The notes under the pieces are model-generated. The model was given only the letters and a program-made list of their open reading frames with translations, was not told where the DNA came from and made no database searches. This document shows, in pieces, positions 43,304 to 56,799 of a stretch of DNA of 64,000 nucleotides (the stretch's first letter is position 1; the number at the start of each line of letters is the position of its first letter). The translations under genes and the position numbers were made by a program. Source of the DNA: Octopus vulgaris (lineage: Eukaryota). The stretch is taken from positions 135,904,001 to 135,968,000 of the forward strand of contig OX597815.1 in assembly GCA_951406725.2 (NCBI GenBank), read 5' to 3'.

Positions 43304-43477
43304 CGCATATACGATGGGCTTCTTTAAGTTTCCGTCTACCAAATCCACTCACAAGGCATTGGTCGACCCGGGGCTATAGCAGAAGACACACCTGCCCAAG
43401 ATGCCACGCAGTGGGACTGAATCCGGAACCATGTGGTTGGTTAGCAAGCTACTTACCACACAGCCACTCCTGCGCCT
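43067..43477 (-). mobile_element. SINE family B, full length
   Basis: Reverse complement has the tRNA-like head ggcgcaggagtggctgtgtggtaag..ggattcagtccc, an internal (TA)(TG) tract and tail ggcggtgctccagcatgaccgcagtcaaatgactgaaacaagtaaaagagtaaaagag. Confidence 0.9.
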
Positions 43478-43929
43478 ATATCTATTTATTTATTTAGTCT
43501 AATACCATTCTTAAGTGATCATTCGGAATTTAACTAATTCAAACGAGGCAATAAGAAAATCCATAGCCAGCGGTGACTTAAATTCGGCAAATCAGCATTC
43601 CCACAACTTTAAGTTATCTATTATATCACAGAAAGCAACACGCAACAAGTAATGCACGTCTATGTTCGTGTGTGCGTGTGTTCGTGTCACTACGCGAGTA
43701 TGTGTGTCTGCTTGTGTTTATTTATATGTTGCTAGAGAAGCGGTACAATTCCAGCATTTAAACGCTTGAAACGAAAAATGACGTATCTCTCCTGCATTAT
43801 TTCCCCTCTCCCTTTCGCCATGTGCATACTGTGACCTTCTCCAACACTGCACGCAAAATATACATATATGTCTTCATATATATATATATATATATATACA
43901 TACATATACATACATATAGATAGATATAC

Positions 43930-44004
<75 letters not shown>

Positions 44005-44171
44005 TAGATATATATGCATGTGTGTGTGTGTGTGTTATATATATATATATATATATTCATATACATATACATTTATATATATATATATCTATACACATAC
44101 ATATATATAAATATATGAATACACATATGTATACACACACATGGATATGTATATATATGAATACATATATG

Positions 44172-44227
<56 letters not shown>

Positions 44228-44252
44228 CACATATATATATACATATATATGA

Positions 44253-44336
<84 letters not shown>

Positions 44337-44582
44337 ATATATATGTATACATATATGTATTTATATATATATGTGTGTGTGTGTGTACATGCTGTTAGGA
44401 GTTTATTTCCCATCTACAGAGTTTCGGGTTCAGTTCCACTGTGTGGCACGTTGGGCGCGTGCTTCCTACTGTAGTTTCGTCCTGACCTTGTGAAAGGATT
44501 TGGTAGAGGGAAACCGAAAGAAGCCCGATGTGAGTGTATACATATATATATGTGTGTGTGTATATATACATACATACATATA

Positions 44583-44639
<57 letters not shown>

Positions 44640-44654
44640 GAAAAAACAAGTACC

Positions 44655-44875
44655 AGGTTTTACAAAAAACTAAACTGGATCTCATGTCAGGGGTTTCAGA
44701 TGAACCTACCTCTCGGCAGGAAACATAGATGCGGGCAGCGGCGACGAACACCTTTCTTGACCAAGTGTCACGTATCAGAGGTGGTTTCAGATACTACTGT
44801 AGGACATTCAACGGTGGTGCTCCACCATGGCCGAAGCATTCGGGCGGAAACATTTTTAAGGATTTAAAGATTTAT
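44655..44875 (+). mobile_element. Short 3' fragment of LINE family 2, nested in a SINE B microsatellite
   Basis: [33 protein letters not shown] and tail ggtggtgctccaccatggccg..ttaaggatttaaagattt, homologous to 19161-19385. Confidence 0.85.
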
Positions 44876-44917
44876 ATTTATATATATATGTGTGTGTGTG
44901 TATTTATATATATATAC

Positions 44918-44949
<32 letters not shown>

Positions 44950-44952
44950 ATG

Positions 44953-44986
<34 letters not shown>

Positions 44987-45364
44987 GTTATAATTATATA
45001 TATAAATTGATTTTATATATATGTATATGTATGTATTTATATATATATGTGTGTATGTGTGTGTGTGTGTTTGTGTTTTTCCCCACAACTGCTTGACAAG
45101 CGGCGATGGCGGGTATATGTTACCTAGCGGTTTGATAAAATATATTGATAAAAGAAGTACCACGCTTTACAAAAAAATGAGGATTAGGTTTGATTCGTTG
45201 GATACAAGTAAAGAAATAACATAAAAATATGTGCTTGTGCATTTCTGTGAGCGTGTCTATGTATGCATATAAATGTGTACATATTTACTTATTAATCACT
45301 TTATCTTTTTCTCTGGCTGTCTGTCTGTATGCTTATCGATCTATCTATTAAAATGTAATTATAG

Positions 45365-45398
<34 letters not shown>

Positions 45399-45545
45399 AT
45401 ATATATAAGTGTAAATTGCTTGTCTGTGCGTGTGTGTATACATATATACGAATATATGTATGTATGTAAATGTATATCTATCTATCTATCTATCTCTCTT
45501 TCCCTGTCCCTCTGGCCCTATATATATATATATATATATATGCCA

Positions 45546-45588
<43 letters not shown>

Positions 45589-45792
45589 GTATATATATAA
45601 TGTAAGTATTTATACATATAGAGATAACATATATTACATAATATGTATATATGTATATATATAAACATATATATAGATACATATGTAATAGAGAAATATA
45701 CACAGATACGTATATATATATGTGAATACATACATATGTGTATGTGTGTATGTATGTTTACTGTATATATACATATATATATATTCATATAC

Positions 45793-45823
<31 letters not shown>

Positions 45824-45885
45824 CATACATATATATATATACATATATAGATATATATATATTACACTATCAATTTTACATTACA

Positions 45886-45942
<57 letters not shown>

Positions 45943-46021
45943 GTATTAGGGAATAAATCCAAATTTACAGGGAAAAATCAGATTTAGGATTGAATCCAAT
46001 TTTATAGTAAAATATAATATA

Positions 46022-46200
46022 ATATTAATTAGAGACAAAATCATATTATGCAAATCAAATAAAGACTTAATCCAATACATACAAAAAATTTATATAAATT
46101 AAATATAATTATATTTAATTTATATAAAAAAATTTTATGTATTGGATTAATCTTTCTTCAATTTTATTTGCATAATGGTGGTTTTGTCTCTAATTAATAT
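46022..46200. repeat. AT-rich fold-back palindrome
   Basis: atattaattagagacaaaa..ttatgcaaat..ttaatccaatacat..ataaattaaatat mirrored by atatttaatttat..atgtattggattaa..atttgcataa..ttttgtctctaattaatat. Confidence 0.8.
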
Positions 46201-46426
46201 ATATATATATATATATAATCTTTTCTACTTCAGGCAAAAGGCCTAAATTGTAGGGGATGGGGCCAGTCGATTAGATCGAACCCAGTATGCAATTGGTACT
46301 TAATTTATCGACCCCGAAAGGACGAAAGGCAGAGTCGACCTCTCATCTCTTCAGAGACGATAAATTAAGTACCAATAGCGTACTGGAGTCGATCTAATTG
46401 ACCTGCCCCTTCCCAAAAGATTCCAG

Positions 46427-46484
<58 letters not shown>

Positions 46485-46584
46485 AGAGGAGAGAAAGAAA
46501 TGCACACACATATATGTAGATATATAAATATATAAATATATGTATATCTATGTATATGTATATATATATGCATATACATACATG

Positions 46585-46625
<41 letters not shown>

Positions 46626-46817
46626 TAATTACATTACATATTCCACATTATATGTGTATACATAATGTAAAATAATTTTCATTATAACATAAACAAATGT
46701 TTGGGATTGTAGGTATCTTGTTTGTTTTCTCTAACCTATATGCATATATCTATACATGCATAATATATGGTATGCATTTTCATCATATATATAAGTGTGT
46801 GCGTGTATGTGTGTTCG

Positions 46818-46884
<67 letters not shown>

Positions 46885-46888
<4 letters not shown>

Positions 46889-47034
46889 GGTCCCGGTTGA
46901 TTCGGGGTTAACCACAGTAAATAAGGTATATACATAGCAGATAAAATTAATATATATATATAAATATCATTCAAGAGAAATCATCAGAAGCTTCCTGATG
47001 ATTTCTCTTATGAAACAGTTCTATAGAACTCCTT

Positions 47035-47040
<6 letters not shown>
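46885..47040. mobile_element. Degenerate family H1 element with inverted HHR halves
   Basis: gtaggtcccggttgattcggggttaaccacagt.. then tcattcaagagaaatcatcag aagcttcCTGATGAtttctctt atGAAAcag. Confidence 0.7.
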
Positions 47041-47089
<49 letters not shown>

Positions 47090-47583
47090 TAATATATATA
47101 TATGTATGTATATATGCATATGTATATATGTGTATATGCATATACATATTTCTGTGTACTTATATATTCATAGATATATACACATATTTTGTCAATAATA
47201 AAAGGGTAAAATTAATTAATTATTAATTAATTTTACCACGTAGTGTTCAGTGTGTAAAAAGACCATTTACGGTATATTTAAAACAACATTACATTATAAC
47301 GTAATGTTTTATATATACATATATATATATATATATCTTCTTTTATTCTTCTATACTTTTCCTTGTTTCATTCAGTTTTGGAAGACGGGCATGCTGGAGC
47401 ACAGCCTTAAAGTCTTTTTAATCGAAGCAAATTGACTGTGGGACTTATTCTTTGTATGTCTTGTAAGCACACTTATGCCGAGCCGCTACGTTACGGAGAC
47501 GCAAACACACTAACATCGGTTGACTATGATGGTTGGTGGTAAATAGACACACACACAAATATATACATGAACACACATACACA

Positions 47584-47678
<95 letters not shown>

Positions 47679-47689
47679 TATATAGAAGG

Positions 47690-47739
47690 AGCTTCTACAG
47701 GACTAGTACTGTTTCATTCAGAGAAATCTTCAGGAAGCT
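47690..47739 (-). ncRNA. Type I hammerhead motif (H1)
   Basis: Reverse complement agcttc CTGAAGA tttc tct gaat GAAA cag tactagtc ctg TA gaagct. Confidence 0.75.
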
Positions 47740-47743
47740 CCTG

Positions 47744-47794
47744 AGCTTCCTGAAGATTTCTCTTGAATGAAACAGTACTAGTCCTGTAGAAGCT
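47744..47794 (+). ncRNA. Type I hammerhead ribozyme motif (H1)
   Basis: agcttc CTGAAGA tttc tctt gaat GAAA cag tactagtc ctg TA gaagct, followed by the H1 tail to 47880. Confidence 0.8.
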
Positions 47795-47877
47795 CCTTCT
47801 ATATAATAAATTAATTTTACTCTGCTATGTATTGAGTACCTTACTTACTGTGGTTAACCCCGAATCAACCCGGGACC

Positions 47878-47916
<39 letters not shown>

Positions 47917-48074
47917 CAGGCTTCTTTCAATTCCCCTTCTGAAATCCACTCAGTTGGGTTTGGTTGTCGTTAGGCTATAGTGGGACTCTTGCTCAAGGTA
48001 TCATGCAGTGGAACGGAAACCGGAATCACGCTGTCTTTGTATTTATGTATTTATGTACATTAGTATTTGCATTT

Positions 48075-48109
<35 letters not shown>

Positions 48110-48139
48110 CACTCACAGAGACAGACAGATTTATATGTG

Positions 48140-48170
<31 letters not shown>

Positions 48171-48335
48171 CATACATATAGACATATTTAAATATATATA
48201 TATATATATTATATACTTACTTATGTACATCTATGTGTACATTTCTCCATATATAAATATGCTTGTGTATGTATACGTATTTATACACACACATATATAT
48301 ATTTATACATAAGTATATATATATATATATGCATG

Positions 48336-48380
<45 letters not shown>

Positions 48381-48898
48381 GTATCTATCTATATATATGT
48401 ATGTGTATGTGTATATGTATATATACGTATTGTGTGTGTGTATATATATATATATATGTGTGTATATATATACCTATATATATGTATATTTATATATACA
48501 TATATACATGCATGTGTTTATGTGTGCATGTATGTATGTATATGTGCATACATACACATACATAGATGATTCATTCCATTACTGCATAAAGTTTCTCACT
48601 AAATACGATCCTTGGGGCTACCTAGACATAATCACACACATACACACATACACTAACACTCACACACTTGATATGTCTGATAAATACGTCATATATATAA
48701 TGAATGTATAGAGGAGAACGGAGGGAAAATCCGATAAGGAATGTCGGAGACTATGCATGGGTATGTCGGGTTTGTGCATTCAAAGAACGTGAACCTTTAG
48801 CATTCGTTCAAAGATCTGAGTATATACATAGATAGATACATACAAACACACACACGTATACATATACAGGGATAGAGGAAGAGCTGCATACATCTATC

Positions 48899-49006
<108 letters not shown>

Positions 49007-49220
49007 GCATATATGTGCGTGTAGGTCATTATAAAATAACTATAAAATAATCTTGTGGATGTACATGCCTCCATACACTTTACTGTTAATAATAATCATA
49101 ATAGAGAGATAGACACATAAATTAAACATAAAGACATATATATATATATATATAGAGAGAGAGACACACACACGTACATACATGCATATATGCATATTTA
49201 CGTACACACACACTCAAACA

Positions 49221-49261
<41 letters not shown>

Positions 49262-49389
49262 ATGCAGATGGATAGGTACATACATTCATACAAACATGCG
49301 TATATATATATATATATATACACGTACACACACTCATGTATATATGGATATTTACTACATACTCACATGCACACATACAAACACATTGA

Positions 49390-49617
<228 letters not shown>

Positions 49618-49778
49618 AGACAGAGTGAAAGGGATACTCTGACATAAGTTTCTGCGAGTCTGTCTGCGTGTTAGCATTTGCTTACGTAATTCCATAGAAA
49701 AGCATCGCCAGAATGCTGCAACAGTTGCGAAGTGTGGTATCCACTCGCGCGCAACTCTACACACATTAATTTCCCTCC

Positions 49779-49813
<35 letters not shown>

Positions 49814-50093
49814 CCTCTCTCGCCTTATATATACCTTTTGTTTTTGTTTTAGCTGTTTCAGTCATTAAAGTGCAGACGTGTTGAGGCCTCTCCTTCAAGA
49901 CTTTTCAGTCGAACACATTCCTTTTTTTTTTCTTTTTTTTTCCCTGAACCTGATGCTTATGCTGTCCTCTTCTAAGCTAAGAGGACGTAAACAAACCGAC
50001 ATAAGCTGTCAAGTGGTATCACACATGCACACGCATAGATATATAAATATATATATATAGAGAGAGAGAGAGGGGAGGGGAGAGGGAGAGAAA

Positions 50094-50252
50094 GGCGTAG
50101 GAGTGGGTGTGTGGCAAGTTGCTTGCTTACCAACCACATTGTTCCGGATTCACTCCTACTGCATGACAACTTGAGCTACTATAGCCTCAGGCTGACCAAA
50201 GCCTTGTCGGTGGATTTGGTAGACGGAAACTGAAAGTAGCTCGCCGTATATA

Positions 50253-50292
<40 letters not shown>

Positions 50293-50500
50293 TGTGTTTG
50301 TCCCTTCACCATCGCTTGACAACCGATGTTAGTGTGTTTACGTCTCTGTAACTTAGCGGTTCGGCAAAAGTGACCGATAGAATAAATACTAGGTTTGCAA
50401 AGACTAAGACTTGGGGTCGATTTTTTCGACTAAAGGCAGTGCTCCAGCATGGCCGCAGTCAAATGATTCAAACAAATAAAAAAATAAAAGAATAAAAGAA
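50094..50500 (+). mobile_element. SINE family B, full length
   Basis: ggcgtaggagtgggtgtgtggcaag.. through ggcagtgctccagcatggccgcagtcaaatgattcaaac. Confidence 0.88.
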
Positions 50501-50766
50501 CATTATTTCGTAAATCTACGATATACACCTAGTAGTTAACCGGTAAAGCACGTTCACTTTCTCAGTGTTCGTTGGGTATTTGATTAATGAAAGAAACGGA
50601 AGATAGAAGGTACGAGAATGTTTATTTTAAACACATACATATATACATATATATGTTTATATATATACATATAAATTCATATATATATATATATATATAT
50701 GAATTTAAATATATATATATATGTCAATATCTATAATTCTATACATATATTTATCTGTGTGTAGAT

Positions 50767-50800
<34 letters not shown>

Positions 50801-50944
50801 CTATGCATCACCCGAGAATGACACATCCCGAAAGTTCTCCGCTACAGGATCAAATCCAACAGAATCGCTGCCGAGCGACTTTTTAATAATACAGCTACAA
50901 AGTGTAGTTGGGATTTCCCTTTTCTGCTTCTACTGCTATGATAT

Positions 50945-51170
50945 AATGGTTTTAAATTTTGACAAAAGGCCAGCAATTCTAACGAAGTGGGTTGAGTAAA
51001 TCGATTACATCGATTTCAGTGTTTAGCTTGTACTTGTATTATCGAGCCCGAAATTATGAAATGCAAAGTCGGCCATGGTAGAATTTGAACCGAGAAATAT
51101 AAAGAGCTTTGAAGAAATGCTGTTAAACGTCTTGCCCGACTCGCTAACGATTCTACCAGCTCGGCGTCTT
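50945..51170 (-). mobile_element. SINE family A variant, diverged
   Basis: aaagtcggccatggtagaatttgaac..gctaacgattctaccagctcggcgtctt. Confidence 0.65.
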
Positions 51171-52053
51171 TCTGCTGTGACGTAATGATTTCTTGGCGGT
51201 AAAGATAGAATTCAGCGCTACACTACTAAACATATCACTTCTTGGGCCTGAATGTTTTTGACTGTCTATGTTGTCGTACTAACTTGATTTTGGCCGAGTG
51301 CTCTGTAGGACGTAATACTGATTTTTCCTAGTCGGGTAGCCCGGAGCATCATGAAGTTAAGTAGGTTGTTTAATGAGACAACGTACTTTCTGCAAGGAAA
51401 ACGAAGACAACATCATATGTTTGAGAACTAAGTTGCGTCACCAGTAGAATACATGCCTTCAATTACTGATTCAGGTGCGAAGCTGCAACATTTTATCGGG
51501 TCAGGTGTATCGTCGATTCAATCAAGCCCTGTACTTGACCCGTATGTATTTTATTGAACCAATAATTATAAAAGGTGATGTCGACTCAAACGCAAAGGTT
51601 CGCCCAATTGATTCTGTCAATAATTTTCTAACTTTAACCCAGGAAGAGAAATGTAAAGCTAGAAGTTAAATAGGATATAATCATATATGTTCATGGTTCG
51701 TCCAAAAGACATTAATCCATTAATGCATAAAGTTTAATTTATATTATACTATTAATTACAATCGATAAATGGTTTGTATTGAATAATTTTATAACTCTTA
51801 TTTTTGAAACGCTATGCATTAATGGGTTAAAATTGTGGTTTTATTTCATTTCTGTTATGATAACATTCACGGCTAGATGAATCTGTAAAAATATTAAATC
51901 GAACAAATACTTGATTGGCACTTTATTTTATCGACCCCGGAAGTACGGAAGACAAAGTTGACAGTGGTAGGATTTGACGTGAGAACTTATAGGACCGTAA
52001 TGCATACCAGAGACATTTTTTTTCAATGCTCTGACGATTCTATAAATTATTAG

Positions 52054-52287
52054 AAGGCGGCGAACTGGCAGAGTCGTTAGCGCGCTGGACGAAATGCTTA
52101 GCGGTATTTCGTCTGCTGTTACGTTCTGAGTTCAAATTCCGCCGAGGTCGACTTTGCCTTTCATCCTTTCGGGGTCGATTAAATAAGTACCAGTTACGCA
52201 CTGGGGTCGATATAATCGACTTAATCCCTTTGTCTGTCTTTGTTTGTCCTCTCTGTGTTTAGCCCCTTGTGGGTAGTAAAGAAATAG
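52054..52287 (+). mobile_element. SINE family A, full length
   Basis: Near-identical to 38028-38250. Confidence 0.9.
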
Positions 52288-52827
52288 ATACTATAAATTA
52301 TTTCCTCCATACATCCATGCGACTTGTGAGCAGTGAAGGAAAGCAAGGATAACGTTTCAGTCCTACACAAAAGCCTTTTCACCTTACATTCTCTGCAAAT
52401 GCTTTAAGCGGGAAATATTTTGAGCGGGAAATGCTTTGAGCAGGAAATGATTTGAGCGGGAAACACTCACTTCCTAAAAAAATTGAGGCCTTATCTTCTA
52501 CGTTCAAAGCTGGATTAATGCTGACCTACGCCCTCAACATCACCCAGAAATGGTGCACTCTCAACTCTTCCATTGTTTAGCAAACCATTTCGACATAAAC
52601 GCATAATATGAAAAAAAACATGTATAAACTAAGTTTTTTATCGTAGCAATTCCACTAAGCCAGACTCAATAGCTATATTAGATATGAATTGCTTTTCTAA
52701 ACAATTTATTTAACACTAAATGGCAGCAAGCAATATAACAATTATTTATGAGTATTTAGAGAAACAGGAAATATATAAATTTTCAACACCTTTTAAAAAT
52801 TTTTCTTTTCTTTTTGTTATAATTTAG

Positions 52828-54190
52828 CATGTGTCAGTGGTGGAAAATTAAATGCACCTAAAGTGTTATTACCGTACAGTCCTACAACAATCTCGAACTT
52901 TACTTTAAAGGTAAACTTAACGAAAGAAGAGCAAGCCGAACATAACCACTGCTACACATGGAGATCTACCCACCCTGAAGTGGTTGCTGTGACCCCTATG
53001 AATTTGCTGGAGGAAGATTGTTCGTTGCATGCTGTGGTTTCAACTCGTATCAAGAACTGACCACAAAATGACTTCAATCATATTTGCTGAAGATAAGATA
53101 TCAAATGAGGTGTTTCACTGTTATGTTATTGTTGACCTGATATCACGTTTCTCAATCTCCACTACAACTCGACTAATATCTCTTGATGACACTCCTGAAA
53201 TACTTGCAGTTCATGCTTATGATAATGAAGAAAATGTCTTCACTACTCTGAGTGGTATGGAATTCCACTGAGAACTTATTTGCCAAATGGAGACAAAAAA
53301 TTTTTTGAAGAACAAAATCTTAAATTCTGATAAAGTTTGAAGATTCTAAATACCAGACCCCACCTCACATATCACCATTAGAACGAGCTGGAAAAACTGG
53401 TGACATTGTCTTAGTGGAGTCTGTTAAAACTGGCAGTTCTACAGTTGAAGCAACCCTCTTTGACCCAATATATAAAAATGTTCCCCCGGCCACGGTGAGT
53501 TTGACGGTGATTGCCAACTTGATGATTAACCCTCCTAGTGTACACGTGTTGGTTCATGGCAAAGTCTTTTATAAACTGGAACAAATCAGGCAGAATGTCA
53601 TTACTCGAATTTATTTGCCTTCTCCACAATATTACATGGAAGTTGTCAAACCAGACATCTGTTCATTTAATCCGGAAACCTCAGAAGCTGAAGCAATTAG
53701 TTTTGGTTCCACTGAAATTGTTTTACGAGACCGAAATATCCAAGACAGTGAACAGTCGTACCAACCTTCTGCTTTAATATATGTTGTTGAACCAGCTTAC
53801 ATAAGTTTTGTTGTTTTATCACACACAAAATGGGTGTTGGAAACCGGTAGAAATTATGAAATCTGTTTGGAAATTTTTGATTCTTCAAATCACAAGATTT
53901 ATCCATCAGATAATCTCATAATTGAAGCTTTATTTCCTGCTGAATATTTCCGAGTCAATCACCAAACAAAAAATGGTTCCTACTTTCATGTGACCACTCT
54001 AAAGAAAGGAGTTGTTAACATCAAAGGTAGTTTAAAAGGTGTTCTGTCTGAAAAGAAACATCTATTTGCACAAGCCCTAGTGACTGAACAGTTGCTGGAG
54101 ATCTATGACAAAATTGAGGTGGAACCAAAGTCTATATTATTCCCATGGGAATCAAATACTAAATTTAGTTATAGCTCCACAGTGAAACTG
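52828..54190 (+). pseudogene. NUP210: Nuclear pore membrane glycoprotein 210 (gp210) N-terminal fragment, disrupted
   Basis: KLNAPKVLLPY..NFTL..CYTWRSTHPEV..TSIIFAED..VIVDLI..TTTRL..LDDTP..NVFTTLSG..GDIVLVE.VKTG..KIYPSDN..NGSYFHV resembles the Nup210 N-terminal Ig-like repeats. Frameshifts at ~53048 and ~53320 and TGA at 53269. Preceded by a polypyrimidine tract and AG at 52826-52827. Confidence 0.85.
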
Positions 54191-54664
54191 GCAATAGTAA
54201 AAAGCTCTGTGGTGGTCTCTCTCTCCTTTGATGCCCTAAGCATGTGCTTATTTTGTTTAATAGTTAATCGGGCTCTGGCCAGGTTAGACGATGGCTTAAT
54301 TAGTTATGCGCAGGATAGAATGCCATTACGCTCCGTTATCATTAATTCGAAGTTAGAGTTGTTATTGATTTTCTTGCTATTGCTGATAGTAATGCTTAAT
54401 TCCAGGTAACTCAGACAAAGTAGACATATGATCAAAACCGACTCATCTGTCACCTCCAGATATTATTTTCAGACTTGATATATCTAGGGCTTCGTTAGCA
54501 AATGACGGCGATATTTATCTGGTCGAATGACCACATAGATGTTTCTTCGTTGACTCGATCTGATGTCGATAAAGTAGGCACGAGACAAATATTGGAAATC
54601 CATTAAATCGACCAATATTTGTGACCTCGTGGTTTATTAAAAATCAGTATTATATGCTCTGTGC

Positions 54665-54764
54665 NNNNNNNNNNNNNNNNNNNNNNNNNNNNNNNNNNNN
54701 NNNNNNNNNNNNNNNNNNNNNNNNNNNNNNNNNNNNNNNNNNNNNNNNNNNNNNNNNNNNNNNN
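54665..54764. other. Assembly gap (100 N)
   Basis: Run of N. Confidence 1.
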
Positions 54765-55299
54765 TACTCGTTATCGACGCTGCTGTTCACTCCTGATAGA
54801 TAAAAGTAGATTAAATTGATCTCATTACCTTTTTTCATCGATTCCGGAAAAATGATGCATTTGTGAGATTTGGGCTCAGAACATTAAAAAAAACAAAACA
54901 AATACCAGAAAGCATTTTTTCCCGATACTCCATATTTTGTCCCTTTTTAAGACAAGTCGCTAATAGTTACTTTCGAAACTTCTTTGAACGGTCAGACATC
55001 AGTTTACCAGGAAAAAACAAGGTAGTCGAAACTAATACATGCAAGATTTCTCAGCTCGAGCATCACACTTTCATAGTCAGCCTATGAACTTTTCAGCTCA
55101 TCCTCGGCTCATCCCTCGTTGACTTACGGCACTCGTTATTCTCGTGGTTCTCATTATTATTGAGTTCAGTAGAAAGAAACACAGAGTGTATTCTGAAAAG
55201 CTCTTCTCTGAAATTCTTTCATGTAGAAGATAAAATATTCGGACATTGGTCCTGTCTTTATAATAATTCACTCTTGCCTATATTAGCACCTGCAGCTGA

Positions 55300-55950
55300 T
55301 ACGCCTTTTGTTTTATTGACCTGTATAGGATGAAAATTAATTTTGGCGAAATTTGAACTCAGAACAAGTGAGCCGTAACTAAATACTTCAAGACATTTTG
55401 AGTGACACTCAAGCCTTTTGTTAGCTTTAATACTGGTTTCTAACATATTCCACCGAGGTCGACTTTGCCTTTTATCCTTTCGAAGTCGATAAAATAAATA
55501 CCAGCTGAGCACAGGGGTCGATGTAATCGACTCGCCCACACGCTTGAAATTGTTGACCTTGTTTCAAATGTAGGCACAAACCCAGAAATTAGGGATGGGG
55601 TTTAACGCTTAAATAGACCCCCAGTAGTTGATATTTTATTTTGATGAACTCGGATGGTGGGTATGAAAGGCAAAGATGATGTCAATGGATTCTGAAATCA
55701 GAACATAATGGGTCGGAGGATCTGCTGACGCTTAACGATTCTGCTAATCATCTTGATAATAACGGTTTTCTAAGGCTGGAATAATCTTTACCGCGCCAGA
55801 AAAAAATGCTTAACGGCATTTCTTCCCGCTTTATGCTCAAAGTTCAAATGCCATCGGGGCCAACTTTGGCTTTCCTTCTTTCGTGATCATTAAAATAAGC
55901 ATCAGCCAAACCCTGTGGTTGATGTAATCGGTCTATCCCCTCCCACTAAA
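55300..55950. mobile_element. Cluster of diverged SINE family A fragments in both orientations
   Basis: gaggtcgactttgccttttatcctttcg..aaataccag..ggggtcgatgtaatcgac and reverse-complement pieces. Confidence 0.6.
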
Positions 55951-56754
55951 TTGCTGGCTTTTGTGCTAAAATTTGAAGTAACGGTTTCTTACATTACTTT
56001 AAGGTCATATTTATTTTGTGTATGAACAGTTGATTTAATCGATCCAAGTATTTGATCGATTCCTTCTCGAACACGATAAGATGAAAACTAATCTTTCGGG
56101 CGCATTTAAGCTTAGACACTAAGCACCTCAGTGCTTGTGGGCTGCTGCTTTACCATTTCCATCATCCGATAATACCCATAAAGAAAAATACAAACTTTAA
56201 TGTCATCTCCGATTTTGATGGCAGAAAGAGGTATCATAGGGTGAAGGATGGGAACAAGGAAAATAATAATAGCAAACAGAAGCAAATTCACACTCACACA
56301 AGTACAGACAAACACCCACCGACGCATACACATACATGGAAGGGTTAATATAATGATATACCTGCACACAAGCACTCAAAAACACATATCAACAAATATA
56401 TACATAGACCTAAAGTTCTAACAGGCAGTAAATCATACAAACACGCAGCCACGCACGCATAATCGGATGGTAAAACAATCTAACTATAACAAAGGGTGGA
56501 GTGTAGATAAGGAAAACAAATTAAAGAACAATCCACTAAACTTTTTGAAAGAAGGGCGGAGTTTCTCGTACAATCGACTCTCTGTCGTTGACAGTTCTCT
56601 GATAAACGTACTACGTTTAACATGCACTGAGTAGGAAAACAGACAGCAAAAGTTAAACGGGAAAGAAAGATACAGAGGCTCCAGAGACTTATTCCTATTG
56701 CGTTTTGATGCAGATATACTTCACAGTGTAACGTAGACCTAATTATAGAGACTG

Positions 56755-56799
<45 letters not shown>

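Larger units (their letters stand above)
47340..48030 (-). mobile_element. SINE family B interrupted by an H1 element
   Basis: The tail half (47340-47550) and head half (47915-48030) flank a CA/TA tract that contains H1. Confidence 0.75.

Noticed and set aside
54190-54409. Hydrophobic C-terminus of ORF 53414-54409 as a Nup210 transmembrane helix
   Set aside because: Homology appears to end near 54190, so this tail is read-through into non-coding sequence. The real Nup210 TM helix lies far downstream.
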